Assembly: GCA_963743195.1 (NCBI GenBank)
Contig: CAVUOO010000001.1
Span: 289,630-353,629 of the forward strand
Source of the DNA: an uncultured Gemmatimonadales bacterium
Lineage (GTDB): Bacteria > Gemmatimonadota > Gemmatimonadetes > Gemmatimonadales > GWC2-71-9
DNA length: 64,000 nt
Direction of reading: 5' to 3'
The position numbers were made by a program, and so were the translations under genes. Shown piece after piece: positions 63,057-64,000 of this stretch. Position 1 is the first letter of the stretch. Each line of letters opens with the position of its first letter. The notes under the pieces are model-generated. The model saw only the letters and a list, made by a program, of their open reading frames with translations. It was not told the origin of the DNA and made no database searches.

Positions 63057-63248
63057 GGGGCGGGTCGGCTGGTCCTGCAGGGAGCGAGCTGTCCCCTGAG
63101 TGCGGTGGTGCGGTCGAATCCGGGCGCCTGCACGGCGATGGAGGCCCTCCTGACCGACCTGCTTGGCGTTCCGGTGAAGGAGGCGTGTGATCGCGAGGGC
63201 GCGAAGCCACGCTGCTGCTTCCTGGTGGGACGGGCACATCACGACTGA
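62964..63248 (+). CDS. Cys-rich ORF resembling the C-terminal domain of some ArsR-type regulators (very tentative)
   Basis: GRLVLQGASCPLSAVVRSNPGACTAMEALLTDLLGVPVKEACDREGAKPRCCFLV has high third-position G+C. Its 5' third is antisense to the DUF4142-like remnant. No HTH region is found upstream. Confidence 0.25.
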   Translation: MADRGVVVDELGREVAHRLRELGGKAEVEEHGAGRLVLQGASCPLSAVVRSNPGACTAMEALLTDLLGVPVKEACDREGAKPRCCFLVGRAHHD

Positions 63249-63763
63249 GCGGCTGCCACCTCCGTGGTATAGACCTCTTCGCGCACCGGATGGAAGCCAC
63301 GCTGCAGATAGTTCGGCAGAGCCGCCGGATGGTCGAGGGTGCAGGTGTGCAGCCAGACCTTGGTGGGATCGAATGACCAGGCACACCGTACCGCCTCGGA
63401 CAGCAGGTACTTGCCCCACCCTCTCCCGAAATATTCCGGCAACAGGCCGAAATAGGCGATCTCGATGGACTCGTCGTCGTACCGCTTCAGCTCGAAGTAC
63501 CCCGCCGGCGCCGCTTCCCAGCTGAGCAGCCAGAGTGAGACCCCGGGCGTGTCGAGATGGGCGCGGATCTTCTCGTCCGACCACGACAGCCGATCCCGCC
63601 AGTGAAACGCGCGTCCGACTTCGGCATAGAGGAATCGGAAGAATGAGACGGGACTACCGCCGATCCGCTCGATGCGTGGCCGAGGGTTCGGCACCTCGAC
63701 CGGGCGCAGTTGGGCCGGCGTCGACATCTCGAGATAGGTGCGGGTGACCTGGACGGGCGGCAT
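63239..63763 (-). CDS. GNAT-family N-acetyltransferase
   Basis: 174 aa. IEIAYFGLLPEYFGRGWGKYLLSEAV (acetyl-CoA-binding Q/RxxGxG/A-like) and ALPNYLQRGFHPV. Confidence 0.8.
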   Translation of the reverse strand: MPPVQVTRTYLEMSTPAQLRPVEVPNPRPRIERIGGSPVSFFRFLYAEVGRAFHWRDRLSWSDEKIRAHLDTPGVSLWLLSWEAAPAGYFELKRYDDESIEIAYFGLLPEYFGRGWGKYLLSEAVRCAWSFDPTKVWLHTCTLDHPAALPNYLQRGFHPVREEVYTTEVAAAQS

Positions 63764-63772
63764 CCGGGCATT

Positions 63773-64000
63773 CTAGTCCTGCACCGCGAGCTCCTCCAGT
63801 CCCCTGAAGAGCTCGAGCGAGGCAGGATTGGCGAGCGCCTCCACGTTCCCGACCGGCCTCCCGTGAATCACCTCACGCACGGCGAGCTCGGTGATCTTTC
63901 CGCTGATGGTGCGGGGAAGGTCGGCGACCTGCAGGATCTTTCGCGGAACATGATGAGGGCTCGCATGCTCCCGGATGCACCGCCGGATACGATCGCGTAA
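63773..64000 (-). CDS. Acetoacetyl-CoA synthetase, C-terminal 75 aa (5' end outside the window)
   Basis: Own translation: [65 protein letters not shown]. This is the AMP-ligase A10 region with the acetoacetate-CoA ligase-type tail. TAG stop at 63773-63775. Confidence 0.8.
   Translation of the reverse strand, partial: LRDRIRRCIREHASPHHVPRKILQVADLPRTISGKITELAVREVIHGRPVGNVEALANPASLELFRGLEELAVQD

Noticed and set aside
1-64000. CRISPR arrays, integrases/transposases, toxin-antitoxin or known defence genes
   Set aside because: I scanned intergenic regions and the ORF translations. I found no regularly spaced direct repeats, no recombinase or DDE motifs and no recognisable defence-family signatures.

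Overview
GC-rich bacterial chromosomal window. My hand counts on sampled 60-nt lines give about 70% G+C. It is almost entirely coding: roughly 60 protein genes and 8 tRNAs. I found no CRISPR array, integrase, transposase or recognisable defence or toxin gene. The style (many lipoproteins, tandem giant Ig-like surface proteins) suggests a Gemmatimonadota/Acidobacteriota-like organism, but this is inference only.

Gene order:
- 1-2165: chaperone/usher-type pilus operon with two DUF4402-like subunits.
- 2.8-6.0 kb: FKBP, tRNA-Pro and two exporters.
- 6-10.9 kb: POTRA-less Omp85-family barrel, SdiA-regulated-like propeller and a metallophosphoesterase.
- 11-14 kb: MltD-like lytic transglycosylase, a small membrane ORF and an HExxH protein.
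- 14.2-14.4 kb: tRNA-Thr and tRNA-Leu.
- 14.5-25.7 kb: an array of four tandem Ig-like-repeat lipoprotein genes, one multiply frameshifted, plus a small OMP.
- 25.9-31 kb: SURF1, a frameshifted M19 dipeptidase, YkgJ and a broken GH38 mannosidase.
- 31.1-44 kb: a nine-gene translationally coupled operon of unknown pathway (family-5 SBP, GHMP kinase, cytoplasmic heparinase II/III-like protein, class III aminotransferase, two amidohydrolases, DapA-like, TIM-barrel protein, NSAR/OSBS-type enolase). It faces two divergent ABC permeases.
- 44-48.7 kb: DUF6438 plus a metzincin, an M50-like protease and a Kelch lipoprotein.
- 48.9-51.9 kb: a lower-GC islet (GT39-like glycosyltransferase and a methyltransferase) bounded by a tRNA-Lys-like 3' fragment and an intact tRNA-Lys, followed by a 5-tRNA cluster.
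- 52.5-55.1 kb: three housekeeping or transporter genes.
- 55.1-62.6 kb: one tightly packed minus-strand block joining xoxF-xoxJ-xoxG (XoxF with the D-Y-D signature) to a caa3-type cytochrome c oxidase and a further cytochrome c.
- 62.6-64 kb: DUF4142-like remnant, GNAT, and the C-terminus of acetoacetyl-CoA synthetase.

At least 12 frameshifts are concentrated in five genes, several at short G/C runs. They may be real pseudogenes or assembly errors.
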